From: Sedimentisphaerales bacterium
Lineage (GTDB): Bacteria > Planctomycetota > Phycisphaerae > Sedimentisphaerales > Anaerobacaceae
Direction: 5' to 3'
NCBI GenBank assembly: GCA_963708075.1
Contig: OY970194.1
Location: 3,424,001 to 3,488,000, forward strand
Length of the DNA stretch: 64,000 bases
This document shows, in pieces, positions 10,434 through 19,193 of this stretch. The position numbers and the translations under genes were made by a program. Position 1 is the first letter of the stretch. The number at the start of each line of letters is the position of its first letter. The notes under the pieces are model-generated. The model ran no database searches, was not told the origin of the DNA, and saw nothing but the letters and a program-made list of their open reading frames with translations.

Positions 10434-11948
10434 ATGAAAGCGGGATTCGCAGGGATTTCGGTTCGATCGATGAGCATACGGATGCTGATTGCATTCTGGG
10501 CTGGCTCTGTATTTCTGGCGTGGGCCGGCCTGGTTGGCGGCTGGTTCGTTGCCAAGAGCAAGCTCTCGAGGATTGACCAGCGGATTGCTCTGGATATCCA
10601 GGCTCTGGATGTGGCGCACGAGTTGGAGTCGGACGTTCTCAAAGATCGATACAACGACCTCCTCTGGAAGGCCACCGGCCAAAGCATGTACAGACAGAAG
10701 CGGGAGGAATCCCTCCATGCGGCCGAGCAGATCGCGGCCGACCTTCGGCGCTATATTACCACGGACCAGGAACGCGAGGTATCCGCCCGGATCGAGAGAG
10801 AAATGAACACTCTTCGCAAGCAGTCGGAGTCTGGCGCGCTGCGCCGTCCCAGAGCGAGCCGCTGTTGGCGAATCTGCTTTCGGCCGCACGCGTCTTCGAC
10901 GTCCAGAACGAGACGGACTTGCAGAAATCTCTCGACGCCGCCGACGATTTGGACAGAAACGTGACCGAATGGGCGCTCGCCCTTTCGCTGAGTACGGCTG
11001 GGCTGCTGTCCGCCGGATCGTTCAGCCTGGTCAATCGGGTCGTTCGCCCCACCCTCGCGCTGACTTCCAGTGCGCAATTTCGGCCAGGGAAATCCCTCGG
11101 CGAGAGCAGCGGTACTGCACGATGACGAATTGGGGGCGCTGGCCCGGACCTTCAACAACATGGCCGACGACATCGCCAACCGGGAGAAGGACCGGCTGCA
11201 ATTTGTCGCGATGGTTGTCCACGATCTCAAGAATCCCGCGCTGGCGATCGACTTCGGCGCCCGCATGCTTCGCGAGTCCTTGGGCAGTGGGCAGGCGACA
11301 GAACCCCAGGAGATCGCGTCTATGCTGGACGACATAAGCGAGGAGGCGAAACGCCTGCGTACGATCATCCGCGATTTGACGGATGATATCCAGGTCGCCA
11401 GCGGCAGGTTCTCCGTCAACAAGGAAAGAGTGGATTTGTGCACGCTTGTCCGGCGCCTGATTCAATCTCAGGCCCAGGCCTTTGCCGGCCACCGGATCGT
11501 CGTTGAGAACGGCCAGCCATGCACCGTGCTCGGTGACGCTGACCGGCTCGAGCGGGTCGTGCAGAATCTGGTTTCCAACGCTGTCAAGTACAGCCCCCCA
11601 AATACGCAAGTCACAGTACGGATCGAGAAGAAGGAGCCGTTCGTCCTGCTGGCTGTGTCCGACCAGGGCCGCGGCATTTCTGCCGAAGACCAGAAGATCC
11701 TGTTTCAGCCGTTCGGCCGCGGCCGGTCAGCTGACCGGCTTGCCGAAGGCTCAGGCATGGGCCTGTACGTCGTCAAGCAGATCATCGAAGCCCACGGCGG
11801 GCAAATCGCCGTCCAAAGCGAGCCCGGCCGAGGCACCACCTTCCAGATCAAGCTCCCCCTGGCTGCAGAAGGAGACCGAGATGAACAGCCACATTGTGCT
11901 CGCCACCCTGCTCCTTGCCGTCACCCCGACTCTGCCGGTGATAGCTGA
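10434..11948 (+). pseudogene. HAMP-domain sensor histidine kinase split by two frameshifts
   Basis: TM1 and periplasmic part lie in ORF 10434, TM2 and HAMP start in ORF 10865 (frame change ~10840), and HAMP/HisKA (HDLKNP)/HATPase (NAVKYS, DQGRG, GMGL) in ORF 11070 (frame change ~11070). Confidence 0.8.
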
Positions 11949-12018
11949 GCCCGAGCAAGACTGGAATGCTCTCATCAAGGACTTCCTCGTGGATCGACCA
12001 CGGGAGACAGGATGGTGA
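11881..12018 (+). pseudogene. Short or truncated secreted-protein ORF (MNSHIVLATLLLAVTP...)
   Basis: RBS AAGGAG then ATG 11881 and a signal-peptide-like N-terminus; stops after 45 aa. Confidence 0.4.
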
Positions 12019-12038
12019 AGTCATCGCCGCTGGGTCGG

Positions 12039-12443
12039 TCATCGGACGTACTGCACGATGAAGTCCAGGTATCCTGTTCGGCCGCCGCTCTTGTTGGACT
12101 TGACCACGGACTTCAGGATCTGCTTGAGGCAGAGTATGATCGTATCGACCGTTATAGACTCGGGTGCAGGCATCATCCGGCCCGCATTGTCCGCGGGCCT
12201 GTCGCTGCGGCCAAGACGCCACTCGCACGTGTCGTGCACGGCCCTGCAGAGGTCGGCTTCCATCTCCGATGGAGTGAACTCTCGCGGAGAACGTCCGAGC
12301 GTCTCGGCTTTGTAACCATCGATCACCGCCTCCAGCACCCGCATGACCTCGTAGTCCGTCATTTTCGGATGCCTGCGATGCGTGGCCACAATCGCGAACT
12401 CAATGTTCTGGAGGACATCCAGGTACTTTTCTTCCATACCCAT
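12039..12443 (-). CDS. Conserved-looking hypothetical protein
   Basis: 134 aa globular composition (YLDVLQNIEFAIV ... GYLDFIVQY), RBS-like GGAG upstream. Confidence 0.7.
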   Translation of the reverse strand: MGMEEKYLDVLQNIEFAIVATHRRHPKMTDYEVMRVLEAVIDGYKAETLGRSPREFTPSEMEADLCRAVHDTCEWRLGRSDRPADNAGRMMPAPESITVDTIILCLKQILKSVVKSNKSGGRTGYLDFIVQYVR

Positions 12444-12546
12444 AGCGCTGCTCCGTCACAATTCTATGCGACTATTCAGCCGTCCATGCGTACACGTCAG
12501 GATTGTACATAGTGGGGCCGATTCTGTCGAGACGGTCGCAGCACGC

Positions 12547-13545
12547 TCACGGAGTTGCGCCTGTCGGCGGCCGATCATAGGGGTCTGGGCCTGTGACGGT
12601 GGGGTTCTGGGGATAGTCGACCCACTCGGTGAAGGAGCCTTCGTAGAGTCTGACGTCAGGATAGCCGAGGTACCACTTGAGCAGGAGGAACTCGCACGTG
12701 GACTCCCGGCAGGTGCCGCAGGAGACGATGATGGTCTTATCCGATGTCACGCCGTGGTCTTTCAATATTTTGCGGATTTCGTTGTCGCATTTCAGCAGTG
12801 TTGGATTGTCGTCGGCCATCACGCTCCGCCACGGCAGGTTGACGGCCCCGGGAATGTGCCCTGCCCTGCGCCAGGGCCCTTTGCCCTCATAGTAGTTCGC
12901 GGGTCGGGCATCCAGCAGGATCACGTCGCCCCGATCCTTGATTCTCTTCACCTGTTCCATCTCGATGGCGTACTCCTGACGGACGGTGGGTCGAAACTTG
13001 CCCTCCGCTACTCTGGGGAGTTCCTGGGAGAGGCGTCGGCCCTCGCGCCGCCACTTGTCCAAGCCACCGTCGAGCACGTACACCCGGTTATGGCCAAACC
13101 TGGCCAGTGCGTACGCGAGCATGCTTTGGGCCAGGGCGCCGCTTGTCCCGGTATATGCTCCTTGTCCGCTGTACACGACAATGGGCGAATCGTTATCCAA
13201 TCCGATGCGGCGAAACAGCAGCTTGGCGGCCTCCGCGGGGATGTACTGTACCGGCAGGCCTCCTTTCGGGGCCCTCAGCGTCGCCTCATTCAAATAGACC
13301 GCGCCCGGAATGTGCTCGATGAGGTAGTCGTGGATGTCGGGCTGGGTATCCAGGATGCTGAGGTTCGGGTCATTGAGATGGTCCTGGAGCCATTGCGTCG
13401 AGACCCATCTGACGTTTCCCCGACCGAACGGGTACTCCTTTGCCACGGGCGATCCGGCTCGACGCAAATCGCCGGAGTATGTCACGCCCGTCAGGACGAG
13501 AATCAGCGCGATCGACCAGACGGAATTTCCCCTCACGTGCCCCAC
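12547..13545 (-). CDS. Tandem-rhodanese sulfurtransferase with signal peptide
   Basis: WVSTQWL, HIPGAV, LDGG, LLDAR, GHIPGA and LYEGSFTEW motifs; active-site loop SCGTCRES. Confidence 0.9.
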   Translation of the reverse strand: MGHVRGNSVWSIALILVLTGVTYSGDLRRAGSPVAKEYPFGRGNVRWVSTQWLQDHLNDPNLSILDTQPDIHDYLIEHIPGAVYLNEATLRAPKGGLPVQYIPAEAAKLLFRRIGLDNDSPIVVYSGQGAYTGTSGALAQSMLAYALARFGHNRVYVLDGGLDKWRREGRRLSQELPRVAEGKFRPTVRQEYAIEMEQVKRIKDRGDVILLDARPANYYEGKGPWRRAGHIPGAVNLPWRSVMADDNPTLLKCDNEIRKILKDHGVTSDKTIIVSCGTCRESTCEFLLLKWYLGYPDVRLYEGSFTEWVDYPQNPTVTGPDPYDRPPTGATP

Positions 13546-13688
13546 CAGCCAACCTCCTTTCGCAGTCAGTTCGGAACCTTCAGCGGTAAACGCATCATTG
13601 TCTTTACCGCTCGGTCCTCGCCGGCGAAATAGGGAATCTGCCGAAAATGCCGCCGCGATTTTACTGCCCGGGCATGACGCGTTGCCGG

Positions 13689-14427
13689 CTACCGCAATCG
13701 CGAGAGGAATCGGCGGAGTCGAGGCTGATATTTGTCGGTGATATCGAACGAGAGGATGACGGCACGGGCCCGGCCGAGAATGGCCTGCCGGGGCACGAAG
13801 CCGAAGAACCGCGAATCCCGGCTCATGTCTCTATTGTCGCCGAGGACGAAGTAGTATCCGTCCGGGACCGTCACCGGTCCGAAATTCCGCATGGCCCGAA
13901 TCCCCGGAATGCTGATCACAGGGTGGATGGTCCCACGCAGGTCCTCCATGGCCACGATGCACCCGCGCGATGTCATCGGGCAACTGTCCGGCGTAGTCGG
14001 CGACCGCCTTGTCGTAGGTGAGCGGCCGGCCGTTCAGCAGCAGCACGTTATTGCGCAGCTCCACGGTATCGCCGGGGGCGGCGATGAGTCTCTTTACCAG
14101 GCGTGTGCCGTCATCGGGGGAAAGACAGACTACCACGTCGCCCCGCTGCGGCTCGGACCACCGGGCCAGGCGGTGCAGCGTCAGCGGGAACCGAAGGTCG
14201 TACGCCACCTTGTCCACATAGATCAGGTCGCCCTCCAGGATCGTCGGATTCATCGAGCCGGTCGGCACCCAGTTCCAGTCCGCCAGGCTCGATTTCACGG
14301 GCACTACCACGAAAAGGATGACGAAGATGGTCACCCGCCACTGCCGCCAGAGCCTCTGCCCAAACCTGCACAGCCTCCGCGCCGGCTGGTCTTTTACGGA
14401 CAGCCACATTTGGGCAAGACCTTTCAT
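13689..14427 (-). pseudogene. lepB: Signal peptidase I, frameshifted at ~13970
   Basis: Catalytic Ser box VPTGSMNPT and LVKR lie in ORF 13831-14427; FVLGDNRDMSRDSRFFG lies in another frame (ORF 13689-13976). Confidence 0.85.
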
Positions 14428-14577
14428 TTCCCGCTCCTTTCCACTGACCCGACGCTTTATAGGACGTGCCGGCCGAACACGGCACCCACCACACCTGTAG
14501 ACGCATCCGGCGACACACCATTTCAGGCAAAATCAGCGGGGCTTAGCCTGGTGAAGTCCGGGTGGCATTTCCTGCTT

Positions 14578-14624
14578 GTAGTGACGCCGTCAGGCGTTTT
14601 TCAATGCCCTTACGGGCACACTAC
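14578..14624. repeat. GTAGTG-family paired palindrome (REPIN-like); relatives at 28058-28107, 36262-36332, 39023-39086
   Basis: GTAGTGACGCCGTCAGGCGT...TGCCCTTACGGGCACACTAC; the same two arms recur at the listed sites. Confidence 0.85.
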
Positions 14625-14688
14625 AAACGAGCTGCGCTGCGCCGCCATCCGGCACAGGATGATTCACAAGACTATATTCTACAATGGT

Positions 14689-15042
14689 TTACGTTCCGAA
14701 GAGTCTCTGGCGGAAGATGAAGAAGACAGCTCCGAGGATGCACAAGCCGGCCCAAAGGTAGTCCAGCCGGATCTTCTCCTTCATGTACAGCACCGAGAAT
14801 GGCACGAAGATCATCAGCGTGATCACTTCCTGGAGGATTTTCAACTGGCCCGTGTTGAGCACGTGGTGCCCAATGCGATTGGCGGGGACCTGAAGCATAT
14901 ACTCGAAGAAAGCGATGCCCCAGCTTACTACCGCGGCCAGAATCCACGGCCGATTTGAGAGGTTCTTCAGATGCCCGTACCAGGCAAAGGTCATGAACAC
15001 GTTGCTGCAACACAGAAGGAACGCCGTTGTCAAAACTCGCAT
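14689..15042 (-). CDS. DMT family (DUF486-like) membrane protein
   Basis: SNVFMTFAWYGHLK, SWGIAFFEY.LQVPANRIG and QLKILQEVIT motifs. Start ATG 15042. Confidence 0.9.
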   Translation of the reverse strand: MRVLTTAFLLCCSNVFMTFAWYGHLKNLSNRPWILAAVVSWGIAFFEYMLQVPANRIGHHVLNTGQLKILQEVITLMIFVPFSVLYMKEKIRLDYLWAGLCILGAVFFIFRQRLFGT

Positions 15043-15242
15043 AGCCGGGCCAATCCTCAATCCAACCTGTCCGTACTGTCGGTACGTCGTTTCGCCGCCA
15101 ATCGGCACGCATATTATACACCAGCCCGCAACGGCGTGGGGTTCCACTGTACAGGATTCTTTGGATGTGCCGATATAGTTGCTATGGATATAGGTAGGAT
15201 GGCAGAAGACTCGTACGAATCAATGATACGGAGCAACGACAC

Positions 15243-15374
15243 ATGATACGCAAGGCGCTTCTGGTCCTCATGTTGGCAGGCATGTTGTTCGCCGCACTGG
15301 GCTGCAATACGGTGAAGGGCTTTGGCGAGGATCTCTCCCGTCTGGGTCATGCCTTGAGTGAGGCCGCCGACTGA
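15243..15374 (+). CDS. Entericidin A/B family small lipoprotein (43 aa, absent from the ORF track)
   Basis: Hand translation MIRKALLVLMLAGMLFAALGCNTVKGFGEDLSRLGHALSEAAD*; lipobox Cys and the CNTxxGxGED signature. Confidence 0.88.
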   Translation: MIRKALLVLMLAGMLFAALGCNTVKGFGEDLSRLGHALSEAAD

Positions 15375-15400
15375 TCGGATCAACCGGGTAGGGGCTGACG

Positions 15401-16252
15401 TCAATCGCTCTTCTCCGACCGCTCGATGTCGCCCGTCATCGGGACAAACATCACCGGCATGAGCTCCTCTCGATGCAACTCGCCCCGCTCATTCTTCGTC
15501 AGAAGGATCAAGTACTGAAAGCCGGGTTCCCCCGCGACCGGCAGGATCATGCGTCCGCCGTTCTTCAACTGCTCAACCAGAGGTGGTGGGATGTGCCCCG
15601 CGGCGGCCGTGCCGATGATCGCATCGAAGGGCCCCTGTTCCGGCCAACCATGGTAGCCGTCGCCCGCCTTGACATGGATGTTCGTATAGCCCAGGTCCCT
15701 GAGCAGCTTCGCCGCCGACTTCGCCAGCGACTCGACGATCTCGATCGTATAGACCTCCCTTGCGATCTCGGCCGCCACAGCCGCCTGATACCCTGACCCG
15801 GTCCCGATCTCCAGCACCACGGAGTCCCGGCTGAGTTTCAACGCTTCCGTCATGAACGCGACGACATAGGGCTGACTGATCGTCTGGCCGCGCCCGATGG
15901 GCAATGGATGGTCGGCATAGGCATAGGGCCGGTGTTCCGCCGGCACAAATGCATGCCGCGGCACCGTCCGCATCGCCAGCAGAACATTCGGGTCGCTGAT
16001 CTGCCGGGCCGCGATCTGCCATCTCACCATCTCCGCTCGCTGCTGCACCATCTCCTGGAACGCTGGATGCTTGCGCTTTGCAGGCGCCTCAGATTCCGGG
16101 GCTCGGGTGTTCTGAGCCGTCCGGCTGCTGGAAGCGGTGTCGCTCCCTGACCTGCCTGCCGGACAACCGTTCACAGTCACTGCGATGATCGTTAAGAAGA
16201 GCAGCCGCAGCAGGAGCATCGCAAAGCTGCGCCGATACCGCCCGCCGCACAT
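15401..16252 (-). CDS. pcm: Protein-L-isoaspartate O-methyltransferase with N-terminal lipoprotein-like signal
   Basis: VPRHAFVP, GQTISQPY, LEIGTGSGYQ, GDGYHGW and FVPMTG motifs. Start uncertain (16219, 16252 or 16303). Confidence 0.92.
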   Translation of the reverse strand: MCGGRYRRSFAMLLLRLLFLTIIAVTVNGCPAGRSGSDTASSSRTAQNTRAPESEAPAKRKHPAFQEMVQQRAEMVRWQIAARQISDPNVLLAMRTVPRHAFVPAEHRPYAYADHPLPIGRGQTISQPYVVAFMTEALKLSRDSVVLEIGTGSGYQAAVAAEIAREVYTIEIVESLAKSAAKLLRDLGYTNIHVKAGDGYHGWPEQGPFDAIIGTAAAGHIPPPLVEQLKNGGRMILPVAGEPGFQYLILLTKNERGELHREELMPVMFVPMTGDIERSEKSD

Positions 16253-16637
16253 CAAGTTTGCGATTCCACGAGCCATCTTCCACAACCCTCGATTTGTCCC
16301 CATTCATCCAGTCAGGTGACTCGCCTGTCTTGATCCGCTCATGCTACAGATGATCCCCCGTATTTGCACGCGCAAAGCATGCATGACCTCCAACGTGCCA
16401 CCGAAAGCTCATGCCACACAACTCTCCGAGGCGAGCGAGACCGCAGAAGCAAAGACGGTTTATGGGGGTTTTCCACCGCCAAGATTGGTGGAATGCTCAT
16501 CGACTCATCCGAGTTGCTGAAATCACAATAGATATCGCTGGGCAACAGGCGGGAAGTGAGTCCCGCACGTGCCGGAGAAACGTGGGAAGCGGAGAGAAAA
16601 GCAGCTACTTGAGATCCTGATATAAGGAGATATCAAC

Positions 16638-17405
16638 ATGGGAGCAGCGAAGCATGTTTGCATCGGATGTGCGGCTGCACTGGCGATGCTGATTCCATTG
16701 TCATCCGCCCTGGCGGCGCCGACATTTCAAACGTACATCGAGGGCGCCACGCCAGGGAGTGCAGGCGGGGACGAGAACACGTGGTTCACGAATAATGGCA
16801 CGTTCAACCTGGTTGTGGCCGGCGCCTTCACCCCGAACATAGCCAGTCTGCCTTTCGGCACCCTGGTGGTCTCCGTCCCACAGGGCCAAACCGGCACAAT
16901 CAGCATCGGCGGGGCGACACTGCTGATGACGACGAGGAGCACTCCGTTTGGCGACATTCCCAATGGGAACGCCAATGCCGACGCACTGACGAACGTCGGC
17001 GGCAACGATGCCTATGCGAACAAGAACCCCGTGCTCAATCTCAACAATCATTTCCCCTACCAGAACGCCGTGGCGGACTTCCTCTACTATGATGTCGGCG
17101 ATTTCAGCAACGTCGGGCCAATCCACGACTTCGACGCCGGCGCCGGCACGATCACCATCGAGGGTACGGGGCAGGAGAAGGTGTTCCCCGTCTCGGTCAC
17201 CGGTTTCGACTGGGTCCACTTCGATCTGGGCGGCTATGTGGATAGGGTGCAGGGCAACGACTCCTGGGACTTCAGTTCCAATGGTCACGACGCCGCGTTC
17301 ATCAGCGGTTCGCTCCCGGCGGTCATCCCTGCTCCGGGCAGCCTGCTGCTTGCAGCGCTCGGCATCGGCCTGATCGGCTGGATTCGCATGCGAAAGGCGC
17401 TGTAG
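16638..17405 (+). CDS. Secreted PEP-CTERM/VPAPG-type sorted surface protein (possibly choice-of-anchor N-like)
   Basis: RBS AAGGAG, signal peptide, C-terminal IPAPGSLLLAALGIGLIGWIRMRKAL. Confidence 0.85.
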   Translation: MGAAKHVCIGCAAALAMLIPLSSALAAPTFQTYIEGATPGSAGGDENTWFTNNGTFNLVVAGAFTPNIASLPFGTLVVSVPQGQTGTISIGGATLLMTTRSTPFGDIPNGNANADALTNVGGNDAYANKNPVLNLNNHFPYQNAVADFLYYDVGDFSNVGPIHDFDAGAGTITIEGTGQEKVFPVSVTGFDWVHFDLGGYVDRVQGNDSWDFSSNGHDAAFISGSLPAVIPAPGSLLLAALGIGLIGWIRMRKAL

Positions 17406-17421
17406 AAGCGTCAGAGGGTCT

Positions 17422-17871
17422 TCAGCAGACCGATCCATCGCGTCCAGGCAGCTTCAGCGTGTAGTCCGCGACGGCCTGCAAATCCTGCGTCACCTGTTCG
17501 GCCGGCAGCTTATAGATCGCGTTCCTCGCCGCATCCTGATCGGGAAAATCGCTGGTCTTGCCGCCATTCGGGCCCATTCCCGAGAGCAGGTCCGGCGCGA
17601 CAGCGATAAATCCGGCCTCGGCTACGCGATCCGCCACGCTTCGCTCCCAGTCCGTGAGCCCACGATTCTCATGGATGATCAGCACGACCGGCGCCTTCTC
17701 TTTCACCTCCGGGAACACGACAAAGGAATGAACCGTCCGGTCGCCATATTTGACCGCCGCCCACTCTTGATGCCTGGGCGATTCGCTCAACCGCTTGCTG
17801 CCCGTATCCTCTGCGAACAGGCCGCCGGCAAACAACACCCCCGCCGTAAGGATCACCCAACACCGCCCCAT
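17422..17871 (-). pseudogene. Dienelactone hydrolase family protein, 3'-truncated
   Basis: IIHENRGL and GFIAVAPDLLSG are present, but the ORF stops before the expected GFCWGG nucleophile, 16 bp from the stop of the convergent gene. Confidence 0.75.
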
Positions 17872-17973
17872 ATTGCACCTCCCTTCAGTAAGAATGGATT
17901 TATTCAACCGGGTACGCATCCCTCGCCAATGCGTTCATGAGCCAAATGAGCAGAAGTCCTGCAGGAGAATCAC

Positions 17974-18768
17974 GTAGGATGGGCTTCAGCCCATGCGGTG
18001 TCTTTACGTACACGCATCACTCATACACGCACATGTCATTGAGCCGGCTCTGCACGCCATTCCAGTACTGATCGGAATACCCGACAGTCTTGAGGTATCG
18101 ATGATAACTCGACCACGGCCAATCCTCCGCGTGTTCGACAAGGCCATGCTTGACTGGGTTGTAGTGGATGTAGTCAACGTGCCGCTGCAGGTCCGTCTCG
18201 TCGCGGATCTGGTGTTCCCAAAACCTGCGCTGCCAAATACCACGTTCGCGCTTGCGATCTCGTGAGGCACTCTGGCCGGATTCGACGCCACCGCTATCGA
18301 GAAAACGCCGAGTGAAGCCTGCCTTGATTCTCGCCCAGCGCAGCGAGAAATCGCAGTCACCCTCTGGCAGCCTCCAGATGCAGTGTAAGTGATCCGGCAG
18401 CAGGCACACGGCAATCAGCTCGAAGGTGCTCTTTTCTCTCGTTTCCTTCCACGCAGCCCGGAGGCATTGACGTGCCAAAGGCTCCGTCAAAAAGGGGCGG
18501 CGATTGTATGTGACGATTGTGAAGAAGTAATAGCCGCCCTCGAAATGAGCCCGGCGGTAGTCTGTCATGATTGTCTTCCTCTACTGCATCCGCATTTGGC
18601 AGCATGGGCTGAAGCCCATCCGACGCGAGCGGATTATACTCCTCGGGAAGATCCCAGAGAAGATGATATCTTTGCTTGCCAAACCCTGTCCGCATGGGCT
18701 GAAGCCCATCCTACGTTTGCCGTCGAGGCGTGGTCGCAGTCAGGTAGGATGGGCTTCAGCCCATGCGG
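17974..18768. repeat. GTAG-type REP copies flanking the RAYT gene (17974-17998, 18602-18624, 18690-18714, 18744-18768)
   Basis: GTAGGATGGGCTTCAGCCCATGCGG and its reverse complement; further copies at 26214-26236, ~34787-34811 and ~63504-63528. Confidence 0.93.
18017..18568 (-). mobile_element. REP-associated tyrosine transposase (RAYT, HUH/Y1)
   Basis: YFFTIVT, LLPDHLHCIW (HUH), WQRRFWEH.IRD, YIHYNPVKHGL and WPWSSY motifs; flanked by REPs. Confidence 0.95.
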
Positions 18769-18839
18769 CATCTTCATGAGCGGGGGTTCGGCGACGTGCG
18801 ATAGCGGGACAAACAGCGAAGTTTTTGCAAAAAAAGGGG

Positions 18840-18868
18840 TTGCAGGGGGTTTGGCGGGCGTATATACT
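18840..18868 (+). promoter_or_regulatory. Sigma70-type promoter of tRNA-Gly
   Basis: TTGCAG-N17-TATACT, with an A-tract upstream. Confidence 0.7.
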
Positions 18869-18884
18869 CTGATGGTTGGCTCGC

Positions 18885-18956
18885 GCGGGCGTAGCTCAGG
18901 GGTAGAGCGTCACGTTGCCAACGTGAATGTCGTGAGTTCAAATCTCATCGCCCGCT
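18885..18956 (+). tRNA. tRNA-Gly(GCC), CCA not encoded
   Basis: Acceptor stem GCGGGCG/CGCCCGC, D arm TAGCTCAGGGGTAGAGC, anticodon arm TCACG-TTGCCAA-CGTGA, T loop GTTCAAATC. Confidence 0.97.
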
Positions 18957-19019
18957 GTTAGGAGTTTTTCCTAAGGATGGGGACCTGCAAACGCACGTCT
19001 GCGTTGAGGACCCCTTATA

Positions 19020-19148
19020 GTATCGGCGAGTTACCGGCTAGGTGGTAGTTTGGCACTGGTCGTCGATACGTGGAAGCCTCGCGGCTTCGGCGGCGAGGTC
19101 GGAAACGTTCACCTGGCTACGGGGATGATTCCCCCGATGCCTTTTTTT
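19020..19148 (+). ncRNA. Candidate structured RNA / leader upstream of tig
   Basis: Long G-U-containing stem 19020-19044/19110-19140, apical cUUCGg hairpin, followed by T7. Confidence 0.4.
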
Positions 19149-19193
19149 GTTTTGGCAGAGAAACAGGATTCAAAGCTATTTGGGAGCGCCGAG

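Noticed and set aside
18885..18970. Integrative element at tRNA-Gly
   Set aside because: No integrase, and I did not see a duplicated tRNA 3' end in the window.
19050..19193. N-terminal extension of tig
   Set aside because: Overlaps a structured, T-rich non-coding region; ATG 19194 has a GGGAG RBS.
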